From Patescibacteria group bacterium (GTDB taxonomy: Bacteria > Patescibacteriota > WWE3 > UBA101185 > UBA10185), in contig JAUMAA010000003.1 in assembly GCA_032117075.1 (NCBI GenBank), forward strand, positions 41,574-105,573: a stretch of 64,000 nt of DNA, given 5' to 3'. Made by a program: the position numbers and the translations under genes. Shown here piece after piece: positions 1 to 8,715 of the stretch (the first letter of the stretch is position 1; each line of letters begins with the position of its first letter). The notes below the pieces were generated by a model that was given only the letters and a program-made list of their open reading frames with translations, was not told the origin of the DNA and made no database searches.

Positions 1-2
1 TT

Positions 3-1028
3 TTCGCTCTAGTAATAGCGGTATCATATTTTGTAATTTACAGTAATGGTATTCAAAAAACAGTTGAAATTGGAATTTTAATTATTGTTTTTACAACATA
101 TGAAAGATTATTCCATGCTTTCAATAACATCTTAAGATTATCAAGTAGTTTTACTAAAAATTATTTGGACATGGTTTATTTAAGAAAATTTTTTGACTAT
201 ACCTTTGTACCAAGAAATTATGAAAAAATAGAAAACGAAAAGAATTTAGAAATAGAATTCAAAAATGTATATTTTAAATACCCGAGTTCAAATAAATATG
301 CACTCAAAAATATTAATTTTAAAATCTCATCAGGGGATATTTTAGCAATAATTGGTAATAATGGAGCAGGAAAGTCAACTTTAATGAAACTTATATTTAA
401 AATTTTCGAACCTACTAAAGGTCAAATCTTAATTAATGGAATTAATATTCAAAATATCAAAGATTCAGAATACTTAAAATTTTTTCATATCCTTCCACAG
501 GAATTTGATTTAGAGGACACATTAACGGTAGAAGAACTAATTTATCTTGGAAACACTGAGAAAAGGATAAATGTTAAAAATATACTTTGGTCAGCCAAAA
601 ATTCTACGGCACACAATTTTATAAAAGATTTAAAATATGGTTATAAACAAAAAATTTTTACTGAAGATTGGATTGATTGGATGAATAAAAATCTGAAGGA
701 AGAGATGGTAGATCTATCCGCAGGTCAGATTAGAAAAATACAAATTGCCAGACTTTTCTATAGCGAGAAACCTGTTATTTTTATGGACGAAGCCACTAGT
801 AACGTAGACTCCGAGTCTACTGCAGCAATTTTCGAAAATTTAAAAAAACTGAAAAATAATCATATTTTAGGTTTTATTACACACAATTTATTAAACATTA
901 GTCTAGCAAATAAGATTTTAATTATTAAAGAAGGTCAAGTGGTTGAATTCGATAATAAAGAAAACTTAACGAAGAAGAAAGATTCGGAATTAAATAAACA
1001 ATTAAAACTTCTTAAATTACAAAATTAA
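3..1028 (+). CDS. ABC transporter permease/ATP-binding protein, 5'-truncated by window edge
   Basis: Frame is open from position 3 with hydrophobic residues; Walker A GNNGAGKST, signature LSAGQ, Walker B IFMDEATS, H-loop ITH. Confidence 0.9.
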   Translation, partial: FALVIAVSYFVIYSNGIQKTVEIGILIIVFTTYERLFHAFNNILRLSSSFTKNYLDMVYLRKFFDYTFVPRNYEKIENEKNLEIEFKNVYFKYPSSNKYALKNINFKISSGDILAIIGNNGAGKSTLMKLIFKIFEPTKGQILINGINIQNIKDSEYLKFFHILPQEFDLEDTLTVEELIYLGNTEKRINVKNILWSAKNSTAHNFIKDLKYGYKQKIFTEDWIDWMNKNLKEEMVDLSAGQIRKIQIARLFYSEKPVIFMDEATSNVDSESTAAIFENLKKLKNNHILGFITHNLLNISLANKILIIKEGQVVEFDNKENLTKKKDSELNKQLKLLKLQN

Positions 1029-1035
1029 TTAAGAA

Positions 1036-1066
1036 AATGCGGGAGGTTTGAAAAACCTCCCGCATT
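1036..1066. terminator. Hairpin between convergent ABC and thyX genes; probable intrinsic terminator
   Basis: AATGCGGGAGGTTT-gaa-AAACCTCCCGCATT, 14-bp perfect stem. Confidence 0.8.
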
Positions 1067-1082
1067 ATCTCTCTCAGCTCTC

Positions 1083-1790
1083 TTACTTCCAGTAAGTCTC
1101 CATCGAATCCCACAAATGTGTGTAATGCATTCTCCCAATCTCAGCAACAGCCTCTGCATATTCCCTAATCTCAGCTTGAGCATCAGGTTTGTTACGAAGA
1201 CTTACGAAGTGCATAACAGCTTGAGGACTGACGGTCCAGTAAAAACTCGTGTATGTAGAAAGCGGTAGAGTAAGACGAGCTTGCTCCATAGCTATACCGG
1301 CCGCTGCCATCTCCTTGTAGAGTGCGATGGAAGCCTCTTGAACTTCATCATACCTACGCTTGAAATTTTCGCTTTGAGGATGAACCTCGTCGGTCCGACC
1401 CTGTTTGCGATTCTTTGCCTGGAAATAGAAATACTGTGGTGTGTAAAAACTACTATATTCTACATACCTACCAGAAAGTTCATTCCAAGGCAAATCTTTA
1501 TAGGAGTAATCGGACCCAACCACATGTTTGAACCACTGCCTAGCTACAACCTCTGGACAATGAACATACAAAGTGATGTAACTGTGGCGAAAAGGCGAAC
1601 TGTGCAAGTTTTGTGCAAGCCAATCAAGAAATTTCTTGTCTTTAGAAAAGTCAAAAGTGGTTTGCCTTTTCCCAAAACTAGCTCTAGCGACGTTGACCGC
1701 CTTAAGACTTGGGTCCATACTCATCCAGTCATACAACTCAACCAAACCAACACCATCCCTCATGTAAATAGGGTCAGTTTTATTAGACAT
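1083..1790 (-). CDS. thyX: FAD-dependent thymidylate synthase ThyX
   Basis: VNVARASF, HSSPFRH, variant motif RQWFKH...WNELSGRY, EQARLTLP, LRNKPDAQAEIREYA; start placed at ATG 1790 after SD AGGAGG. Confidence 0.9.
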   Translation of the reverse strand: MSNKTDPIYMRDGVGLVELYDWMSMDPSLKAVNVARASFGKRQTTFDFSKDKKFLDWLAQNLHSSPFRHSYITLYVHCPEVVARQWFKHVVGSDYSYKDLPWNELSGRYVEYSSFYTPQYFYFQAKNRKQGRTDEVHPQSENFKRRYDEVQEASIALYKEMAAAGIAMEQARLTLPLSTYTSFYWTVSPQAVMHFVSLRNKPDAQAEIREYAEAVAEIGRMHYTHLWDSMETYWK

Positions 1791-1857
1791 AAATCCTCCT
1801 ATATAAGCATCTCGTCCCATCAAGAAGTATACTTTAATTTTTGAAATCTACAAGAAA

Positions 1858-2733
1858 TTATTTCTTATTACCTGCATGTGAATTAGCTATCTCCTGACCA
1901 TTTCTATCTCCATAAGGATAGACAATTACAGTAGATCCAGCTCTAGCAATATCAGCTAAAATTTGCATCTCTCTTAACTTCATAGCTTCAGGATTTTTAG
2001 CTAAAATTTCCGATGCTTCAGAGAGTTTTTGAGCAACTAATACCTCAGCCGAGGCCTCAATTTGTTTTGCTTCGGCAGATCTTCTTGATCTAGCAATAGC
2101 TGCAAGTTCTTCTACCAAACTTTGAGGGGTGTCTATGTCAGTAATTCTCACTGCTCTTACATCTATTCCATAAACTTGTGCACCATCGTCAATCTGGACC
2201 TTAAGATTTGAAGCAATTTCTTCTCTCTGGTTTAGTAAGTCTTTCAAATCAAGATTACCAATAGTATTTTTCAAAGCCTCAGTCGATAACCAAATTACTG
2301 ATTGTCTATAATTTTGTACATCAAGTGTAGCTTTTCTTGGATCTTCAACTTTATATTCAACAGCTGCAGTTACTTTGGTAGGAACATTATCCTTTGTAAG
2401 AGTTGCAGTTGCTTCTACTTGATTGGTCTCGATTCTAGTATCAACAATCGAAGCAACGGAATAAATAAAAGGAGGAATGATAAAAAAACCAGGACCTTTC
2501 ACAGAATCAAATTTACCTAATTTTAAAATTACTATTCTTGTCCATTCTGGCAAGATATAAAACATAGAAGCAATAATCCAGGAAATTATAAAGTTTAGAA
2601 TTAATCCAAATCCAAAACCAGCTTCTCCAAAAATTGAGAGTACAAAACTAAGTGATAGAAGAAAAACAAATGAAATAAGAAAAATAATAAACCTAATAAA
2701 TAATTGTACTGATCCTGTGTTACCTGAATTCAT
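1858..2733 (-). CDS. SPFH/band 7 (stomatin-like) membrane protein
   Basis: N-terminal TM helices, LGKF..VKGPG.F.IIP, TLTKDNV, YGIDVRAVRITDI, AMKLREMQ. Confidence 0.9.
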   Translation of the reverse strand: MNSGNTGSVQLFIRFIIFLISFVFLLSLSFVLSIFGEAGFGFGLILNFIISWIIASMFYILPEWTRIVILKLGKFDSVKGPGFFIIPPFIYSVASIVDTRIETNQVEATATLTKDNVPTKVTAAVEYKVEDPRKATLDVQNYRQSVIWLSTEALKNTIGNLDLKDLLNQREEIASNLKVQIDDGAQVYGIDVRAVRITDIDTPQSLVEELAAIARSRRSAEAKQIEASAEVLVAQKLSEASEILAKNPEAMKLREMQILADIARAGSTVIVYPYGDRNGQEIANSHAGNKK

Positions 2734-2792
2734 AAAAATCCTTTAATAAAATACTTATTATAGTTTACAAAAAGGTCGACAAATTGAAAAGA

Positions 2793-2815
2793 GGGGAGGT
2801 GCTTTGCACCTCCCC
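2793..2815 (-). terminator. Intrinsic terminator of the 2836-3183 orphan gene
   Basis: GGGGAGGTGC-ttt-GCACCTCCCC followed on the minus strand by TCTTTT. Confidence 0.75.
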
Positions 2816-2835
2816 GTATCCTAACTTAGAACTAA

Positions 2836-3183
2836 TTAATAAACAGCGAAAGGATCGGAAGTCTTTCGCAATTTAAATCTTAGTAAGCGGTATTCATCGC
2901 TGTTCATTTGATGATAAGCAACCATGTATGTATGGTAGACAAACATCTTTAGCATCATATAAACTAAATTATAATCTGTTGAATTATTTCTAATCAAGTC
3001 AATCAATAATTTAGTTGATTCCGGATCAAATGTCTCAAAAGTTACAACATGATTTTGAAGTACTCGGCGGTACCTTTCAATCAAATAACTTTTTAGAGAA
3101 GCAGGATCAGAATCACTACTGACTAAATGAACAACTATACTTACTTCATTAGGATTAACAATCTCTACCCATTCACCATACAT
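2836..3183 (-). CDS. Hypothetical protein (115 aa orphan)
   Basis: ATG 3183 preceded by SD AAGGAGAG and upstream TATAAT; own downstream hairpin. Confidence 0.7.
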   Translation of the reverse strand: MYGEWVEIVNPNEVSIVVHLVSSDSDPASLKSYLIERYRRVLQNHVVTFETFDPESTKLLIDLIRNNSTDYNLVYMMLKMFVYHTYMVAYHQMNSDEYRLLRFKLRKTSDPFAVY

Positions 3184-3245
3184 TTCAACTCTCCTTTGAG
3201 TAGTAAAAACTATCTTATTATAACTTAAATATGCTGACAAAAAAA

Positions 3246-3273
3246 GAAACCCTCTCAAATTTGAGAGGGTTTC
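3246..3273 (-). terminator. Perfect 28-bp palindrome; probable terminator of the msrA-side transcript
   Basis: GAAACCCTCTCAAA|TTTGAGAGGGTTTC with A-tract at 3239-3245 (U-tract on minus strand). Confidence 0.8.
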
Positions 3274-3293
3274 AGGATTTAAAGAATTGTTAA

Positions 3294-3638
3294 TTATTTT
3301 TTATCATCTTCTGATTCATCTGAGTCTACTGATTCACTTGAATCTTCATCTTCTTCACTTATTTCTTCATATATAAAATCATCTTCGTACCTTAAATCAA
3401 TGATAGGATTGTTAAGAATTACTTTAGAAACTAAATATGCAGAAGTTGCTAAGAAAACTAGACCATATACAACTGTTTCAACAAATTTATATTTAAAACC
3501 TGGATCTTGAAGTGCTTCAAGGTTTACTAATGAAATACCGTAAAGGGTGTATGTGTAATAAATATATACGAAAGAAAGTAGAGCAGAGATAACAGCAAGT
3601 ACTATTGATAAATGTTTGTGTAAATAAATTTTTGTCAT
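3294..3638 (-). CDS. Hypothetical two-TM membrane protein with acidic tail
   Basis: Two hydrophobic segments and D/E/S-rich C-terminus; start uncertain (3638 vs 3674). Confidence 0.65.
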   Translation of the reverse strand: MTKIYLHKHLSIVLAVISALLSFVYIYYTYTLYGISLVNLEALQDPGFKYKFVETVVYGLVFLATSAYLVSKVILNNPIIDLRYEDDFIYEEISEEDEDSSESVDSDESEDDKK

Positions 3639-3674
3639 ATGTATAAAATATAATACTAAATTATAATTTGTCAA

Positions 3675-4214
3675 TTATCTAACTACCGAGGAAAAATGTT
3701 CCATAAATTTTTTTAATTTTGGATCTATTACTACAGTACAATAAGGGTAGTTTTGGTTGTTGATATAAAAGTTTTGATGATAATCTTCAGCTGAATAAAA
3801 TTTTTCAAATTTTTTTAGTTCGGTAACTAAAGGAGAATTATATTTCCCAGACTCATTCAACTCTGCAATTTTTTTCATAGTTAGGGCGAGCTGTTCGGGA
3901 GAATTAACCAATACAATTGATCTATATTGAGTACCAACATCATTTCCCTGTCTATTTAAAGAAGTAGGGTCATGAATTTCAAAAAATATATCTAAAATTG
4001 AATCTAACGAAATTTGATTTTTATTGAAAGTTACCTCCACAACTTCAGCATGCCCCGTAACACCCGAAGAAACTTCATCATAAGTTGGATTATCGGTCTT
4101 ACCTCCGCTATAACCACTCACAACTTTCTCAATGCCTCTAACTCTTTGAAATACAGCTTCTAAACACCAAAAGCAACCTCCGCCTAAATAAATTTTTTCA
4201 AAATTTTCATTCAT
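3675..4214 (-). CDS. msrA: Peptide-methionine (S)-S-oxide reductase
   Basis: GGGCFWC motif, TGHAEVV, HDPT, QGNDVGTQYRS, AEDYHQ. Confidence 0.97.
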   Translation of the reverse strand: MNENFEKIYLGGGCFWCLEAVFQRVRGIEKVVSGYSGGKTDNPTYDEVSSGVTGHAEVVEVTFNKNQISLDSILDIFFEIHDPTSLNRQGNDVGTQYRSIVLVNSPEQLALTMKKIAELNESGKYNSPLVTELKKFEKFYSAEDYHQNFYINNQNYPYCTVVIDPKLKKFMEHFSSVVR

Positions 4215-4283
4215 AAAATAATTATTGCATTAGAAAACAAAATTAGTATAAGATTAATAAAGTAAAAATTTATTAAGGAGATT

Positions 4284-5000
4284 ATGCCCACAATAAAAAA
4301 TAATCATGGATTTGGAGCAGTTCCTTTCCTAGCAGTATTTGCTTTAGTTCTTACAGGTACATATATTGGATACAGTTATTACAACAATAATTCTCAGGTT
4401 TCTATAGAACCTATAAATTTAGAAAATCTCTCTGCAGTAAGCACTGCAGAAAATCCATTAATGAACTAAGGGGGTGTTCTTCAAGCTAACACAGGAAACT
4501 TTAATCCAGGAAATCAACCATTTTACTGGTCATATATTGATGATAGAAAACCTGGAATTTGGAATATTACTTACTATTTTACTGGAAGAAATGTCAAAAC
4601 TCTTGAAAAAGCTATGGAAAAAATAAAAAGTTCAGGTTTTATCTCTTTTAGAGATTCAAAAAAACCTTGCTACCCAGTAACTTCAAGACTAGGAATATGG
4701 GATACTTATCCAGTTGAAATTAAAAAGCTTGCGGATGATTTCTATCTAATGACAGTAAAAAATGTTAAAACTTACTTTAATTCTGAAGAAGACAAAAGAT
4801 GTAGAGTAAATAATACTGTAGTAGCATTCTTCTATGGACTAAAAAATAATGAATATGTTACAGCACCAAAAAATTCTTTCCCTATTCCCGCTTCTATATA
4901 CTTTAAAACTCCTTCAAATTCTAGGTCTGGAGTTGCATCACCAGCAGCTGTTGATAATGCACCAAAAGTTGATGTAAGTGGATTAAAAAGGATCGAGTAA
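4284..5000 (+). pseudogene. Exported/pilin-like protein gene interrupted by one in-frame TAA (4467-4469)
   Basis: ORFs 4284-4469 and 4614-5000 share a frame and 4470-4613 is open; SD AAGGAG before 4284; N-terminus NHG|FGAVPFLAVFALVL resembles a class III signal. Confidence 0.7.
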
Positions 5001-5019
5001 TTTAATTTCTCTTTCCAAG

Positions 5020-5052
5020 AAAGCGGTTGGGTTTTACCCAACCGCTTTTTTA
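5020..5052 (+). terminator. Intrinsic terminator
   Basis: AAGCGGTTGGGT-ttt-ACCCAACCGCTT followed by T-tract. Confidence 0.85.
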
Positions 5053-5103
5053 TTTAATGTTTTTTCAATTTACTTATTAGTAAATTTTTGATAGATTAAA
5101 GTA

Positions 5104-5790
5104 ATGTCTAAGTTAGATGTTTTTCTCGATTTTATAGTTAAGTTATATCTTAAACTTTACTTTATAAACAAAAAAATAAATAAATTTTTTTCATTAATTT
5201 TTAACTTTATTTTAGAAAAAAGAACTTTCATTTTTGCTGTTATTTTTGTTTTCTTTTTTGTAGCATTAATTGACTTTCAAACTAAAAATCAAAAGCCCAC
5301 TAGAATGCAAGTTTCAAAATACAATATTTATACTGCTGAACCTTTAGTTTTAGGATCTTCAAGTGTGAGTTTGCATGGAATGGATTCAAGGGCTAAAAAA
5401 ATTGAGGGAGTTTTTAGAGCATACAACTGTCCCATGGCAGGAACTGGGCAGTATATCGTAGAACAAGCCGACAAAAATGGAATACCTTACTGGATTGTAG
5501 CTGCAATTGCCTTTCAAGAATCAATTTGTGGGAAGCTGACCCCTGAGAAGAATGGTGTAGAAAGCTATAATTCCTGGGGATGGGCGGTATATGGATCTTC
5601 AAGTAAGGCATTTAATAGCTATGAGCACGGGATTAAAGTTGTTTCAGAATACCTCTCTAAGCGATTTTTCAAGCAGGGTATTACCGAAACATGCGATATT
5701 ATGAAAGTTTATACCCCTCCAAGCAAAGGATCTTGGTGTAGAGGAGTGAATTATTTTGGTGAAAAAATACAAAATTTTGGAACTAAATAA
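5104..5790 (+). CDS. Membrane-anchored lysozyme-like/glucosaminidase-like protein
   Basis: TM segment; ADKNGIPYWIVAAIAFQES, YNSWGW, YTPP motifs. Confidence 0.7.
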   Translation: MSKLDVFLDFIVKLYLKLYFINKKINKFFSLIFNFILEKRTFIFAVIFVFFFVALIDFQTKNQKPTRMQVSKYNIYTAEPLVLGSSSVSLHGMDSRAKKIEGVFRAYNCPMAGTGQYIVEQADKNGIPYWIVAAIAFQESICGKLTPEKNGVESYNSWGWAVYGSSSKAFNSYEHGIKVVSEYLSKRFFKQGITETCDIMKVYTPPSKGSWCRGVNYFGEKIQNFGTK

Positions 5791-5940
5791 GCATTTTTAG
5801 GGTTAGATATCCTAATACCTAAAATTGCCCTAAAGTGTTGTATTTTCGCCTTTTTCTCAAAGTTTTAACACCCTTAAATTTGACCAAACACCATAAAATT
5901 GGTATAATTACACTAACAAATTTACCTCCCCTAAAAATAT

Positions 5941-6450
5941 ATGAAAAAATTATTAATTGTTATAAACTTTTTGTTGTTACCATTTGCGGTATTTGCTTCT
6001 TCAAAAGATTCATTAGATTCTTCGGATGCAAGAAACACCTATAAGGTAGAGTATAAAAAGGTCAATAGAAAAGAAGCTTTAACTAAGTTCTTTGAAAAAT
6101 ATAACTCTCCGTTAGCCAAAAATGTTGATACATTTATTACAACGGCTGATAAATACGGGATTGATTATAGATTGATACCTTCTATCTCATGTATGGAGTC
6201 AACCTGCGCTAAGTTTTTAATCGAAGGATCATATAACCCATTTGGATGGGGTATCTACGGAACAAATGTTATTTACTTCAAAAACTACGATGAAGCTATT
6301 ACTACTGTAGGTGAAGGACTTAACAAAGGATATTTCGCAAAAGGTTTTGACACCTTAGAAGAAATAGCACCAATCTATACACCACCAAACCATGTTAATT
6401 GGAAAAATGGAGTTTCATTCTTTATGAACGAAATTTCAAAGTTCGAATAA
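5941..6450 (+). CDS. Secreted lysozyme-like/glucosaminidase-like protein, paralog of 5104-5790
   Basis: Signal peptide; ADKYGIDYRLIPSISCMES, YNPFGW, YTPP. Confidence 0.7.
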   Translation: MKKLLIVINFLLLPFAVFASSKDSLDSSDARNTYKVEYKKVNRKEALTKFFEKYNSPLAKNVDTFITTADKYGIDYRLIPSISCMESTCAKFLIEGSYNPFGWGIYGTNVIYFKNYDEAITTVGEGLNKGYFAKGFDTLEEIAPIYTPPNHVNWKNGVSFFMNEISKFE

Positions 6451-6467
6451 AAATAAATGGATGAAAG

Positions 6468-6498
6468 AGGGGCGGGTTTTTAACCCGCCCCTATTTTG
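6468..6498 (+). terminator. Intrinsic terminator
   Basis: AGGGGCGGGTT-ttt-AACCCGCCCCT followed by ATTTTG. Confidence 0.75.
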
Positions 6499-6598
6499 TT
6501 GTTTGTAAGTTCTTACTTAAATATTAATTATTTAAAATTATAAATTTTCATTGTAAAATGCGTTCGTAGTAGATATTACCTATAGAGAGGGGTATTCT

Positions 6599-7210
6599 AT
6601 GAAGATCTTTACTGTGGCCGGGTCTCAGAATTTTATTGGCGCTGAAGTTTCCTTCATGCCTAACTATGATTCGGGAATCCAAGGATTAATAGTCGGTAAT
6701 GAGACTAACGGGTGTAAACTAGGGGTAGTTAAACTTTCCTTAGGAACAGAAAAGAAAACCTTACTTCACTGCGAAGTGATAGAGGGGAAAACACCGTATA
6801 TCAAACCAACTAATTCTTCCAAGGATGACTCATCAGCATTAGTGGTATTTCGGACTCCTGTTTTTAAAGGAGGTCGGAACTTCCACACTGGGGACAAAAC
6901 TCACGGAGCTTGCTTCAATTGTGAAGTAGAATTCGACAAAATGGTAGATCTCTGTAATTACTGTGGGCGAAAGCTAAAAGTATATTATAAAGATTTTCCT
7001 GGTCGTACCATTGCCCGTGGAACAGTTAGGAATTCGAAGAAGCCAGTTTTTGGCGATCAGTTAATCTGTATCGTTAAAAAAGGTATTATCTTCCGAACTT
7101 CCTACAATGGATATTTATATCCACATCCAGGTGCACATTTTCATGTCTTTGATGGCACGAGAATTGTTACTGCCACCTGGGATGAAAGGAAGAAGGGTTA
7201 CCTTCGGTGA
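6599..7210 (+). CDS. Hypothetical protein with CxxC...CxxC zinc-ribbon insert
   Basis: SD GAGAGGGG; CFNC...CNYC; many CGN Arg codons; downstream hairpin. Confidence 0.75.
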   Translation: MKIFTVAGSQNFIGAEVSFMPNYDSGIQGLIVGNETNGCKLGVVKLSLGTEKKTLLHCEVIEGKTPYIKPTNSSKDDSSALVVFRTPVFKGGRNFHTGDKTHGACFNCEVEFDKMVDLCNYCGRKLKVYYKDFPGRTIARGTVRNSKKPVFGDQLICIVKKGIIFRTSYNGYLYPHPGAHFHVFDGTRIVTATWDERKKGYLR

Positions 7211-7220
7211 GAGCGATTAA

Positions 7221-7249
7221 GGTGGTGGGCAATTTTATTGCCCACCACC
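7221..7249. repeat. 13-bp perfect inverted repeat without a sense-strand U-tract
   Basis: GGTGGTGGGCAAT-ttt-ATTGCCCACCACC followed by AAAATCAAAAT. Confidence 0.85.
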
Positions 7250-7311
7250 AAAATCAAAATTCATTTTTATCAAATTTTTTATTTTTCAAGAATACTCTAA
7301 AAAAGGAATAT

Positions 7312-7340
7312 TTGACTAAACTATTATAGGTTAGTATAAT
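7312..7340 (+). promoter_or_regulatory. Sigma70-type promoter
   Basis: TTGACT-17 bp-TATAAT upstream of the SD-led ORF at 7375. Confidence 0.75.
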
Positions 7341-7374
7341 TGAAGTCCGTTATAGTGATAAGAGAGGTGCGGTA

Positions 7375-7560
7375 GTGAGATACCAGATTTGGTACCAGCC
7401 TAAGGAAGAAGGTTTAATCTTTTTGATTCAATTAATTCTTCAAATTCTAGGGTGGAGTTCATTTCCCAAGAGGAAATTCAGGGGAACCTGGTCCGAATGG
7501 CAAAAGTTCTCCAAAACAAACCGTATTTTGCGGATTTGTAAGGTCACAAAATTGAACTAG
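7375..7560 (+). CDS. Small hypothetical protein (61 aa)
   Basis: GTG start with SD AGAGAGGTG and consensus promoter. Confidence 0.6.
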   Translation: MRYQIWYQPKEEGLIFLIQLILQILGWSSFPKRKFRGTWSEWQKFSKTNRILRICKVTKLN

Positions 7561-7569
7561 GAGGTTCCA

Positions 7570-7962
7570 GTGTCAAACAAAGATGTGAAAATCTTTACAC
7601 TTGATAATAAGGGAAACCTTTTATTAGGTGCAAGAATTGGACTGGGACAAGGAAAATGGGCACGGTACCCATCTATTGGGAGTGTCAGTCCTATCAGGGT
7701 TGATATCCTTAAACCTGGGGATATCATTTGGTTTGCCCACTTTATGGAATTCCAATTTCCTGGAGAGCAAAATTGGGAGCATGAAAAACTTCTAATTCCC
7801 TTACCAGAAAATATGGTTGCTGTAGAAAAGATTGGGACTGAAAGATGCATTCTTGTAACCCCGAAAGAGACACAAATCATCAAGTTAGGTGAGGTTAAGT
7901 TTCTTTCAGACCAAACAGCAGTGTTTTTTCAAGAACCTGGAATCAGACCATCGCTACATTAA
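7570..7962 (+). CDS. Hypothetical protein (130 aa)
   Basis: GTG start with SD AGGAGGT overlapping the upstream stop. Confidence 0.7.
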   Translation: MSNKDVKIFTLDNKGNLLLGARIGLGQGKWARYPSIGSVSPIRVDILKPGDIIWFAHFMEFQFPGEQNWEHEKLLIPLPENMVAVEKIGTERCILVTPKETQIIKLGEVKFLSDQTAVFFQEPGIRPSLH

Positions 7963-7975
7963 TCACTTTGCGAAG

Positions 7976-8006
7976 CGGGACGAGTGCGACAAAAGCACCC
8001 GTCCCG
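7976..8006. repeat. GC-rich hairpin downstream of 7570-7962
   Basis: CGGGACG-A-GTGC-gacaaaa-GCAC-C-CGTCCCG; no U-tract on the + strand. Confidence 0.75.
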
Positions 8007-8068
8007 ACAATCTAAATTATTAAAATATTTTCAAAAATACAAAGTTTGGTGATAAAATATAGAAGTTT

Positions 8069-8153
8069 GGGCGAGTGGTGGAATTGGTATACACGCATGC
8101 CTTAGGAGCATGTTCCGCAAGGATTGAGAGTTCGAGTCTCTCCTCGCCCACCA
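8069..8153 (+). tRNA. tRNA-Leu(UAG)
   Basis: Acceptor GGGCGAG/CTCGCCC, anticodon arm CATGC-CTTAGGA-GCATG, long variable arm, GTTCGAGT T-loop, encoded CCA. Confidence 0.97.
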
Positions 8154-8231
8154 AAAATTATTATCAAATTTCTTAAACAATATTAACTTAAATCAATTTC
8201 TAAGTTCATGAATTTGTTATATAATTACAAT

Positions 8232-8714
8232 ATGAATCCTGAAATTTTAATCTTTATTCTACTAATTTTGTGTCTTATTCAGTTAGGAGTATTAATGCTC
8301 TTTTTATCAAAAGGGTTTAATGATTTACATAAAAATGACATAAAACTCTATAATATATTTAAAAATAATATAGAGCCCCAAAATGTAACATTTACTCCAG
8401 AAGTCAAAAATTTAGTAAGTTTGTCAAATGATATATGGAGATTTTCTAAGCATGTAGACAAAAACAATGACAAACTAGTTAATTTATCGGAGAGATTAAT
8501 TAGAGGATTGGATAAATTCGATATAAAAATAACTGATTTTACAGGTCAAAAAATTAGCGAAGATTTAAATGTAAAATCAGAGGTGATAAAAAATGACTCC
8601 AGTCTGGAAGATAACTATGTAATTAGTACAGAGTCACCGGCAATTTTTTATAAAGATAAAATGTATCAGCAGGGATTTGTTTTAATTAATAAAATAAATA
8701 AATCAGAAAGTTAA
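8232..8714 (+). CDS. Membrane-anchored GrpE-like protein
   Basis: N-terminal TM; C-terminal TGQKI...YVISTESPAIFYKDKMYQQGFVLI resembles the GrpE beta domain; adjacent to Hsp70; ATG 8232 follows TATAAT at 8220-8225. Confidence 0.6.
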   Translation: MNPEILIFILLILCLIQLGVLMLFLSKGFNDLHKNDIKLYNIFKNNIEPQNVTFTPEVKNLVSLSNDIWRFSKHVDKNNDKLVNLSERLIRGLDKFDIKITDFTGQKISEDLNVKSEVIKNDSSLEDNYVISTESPAIFYKDKMYQQGFVLINKINKSES

Positions 8715-8715
8715 T

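Noticed and set aside
1281-1844. 187-aa + strand ORF
   Set aside because: Antisense shadow of thyX with no motifs
3246-3273. Perfect palindrome as an operator or recombination site
   Set aside because: Position after a gene end with an adjacent U-tract is explained by an intrinsic terminator
4467-4469. Alternative genetic code explaining the internal stop
   Set aside because: The stop is TAA, and TAA/TAG/TGA end conserved genes normally elsewhere in the window
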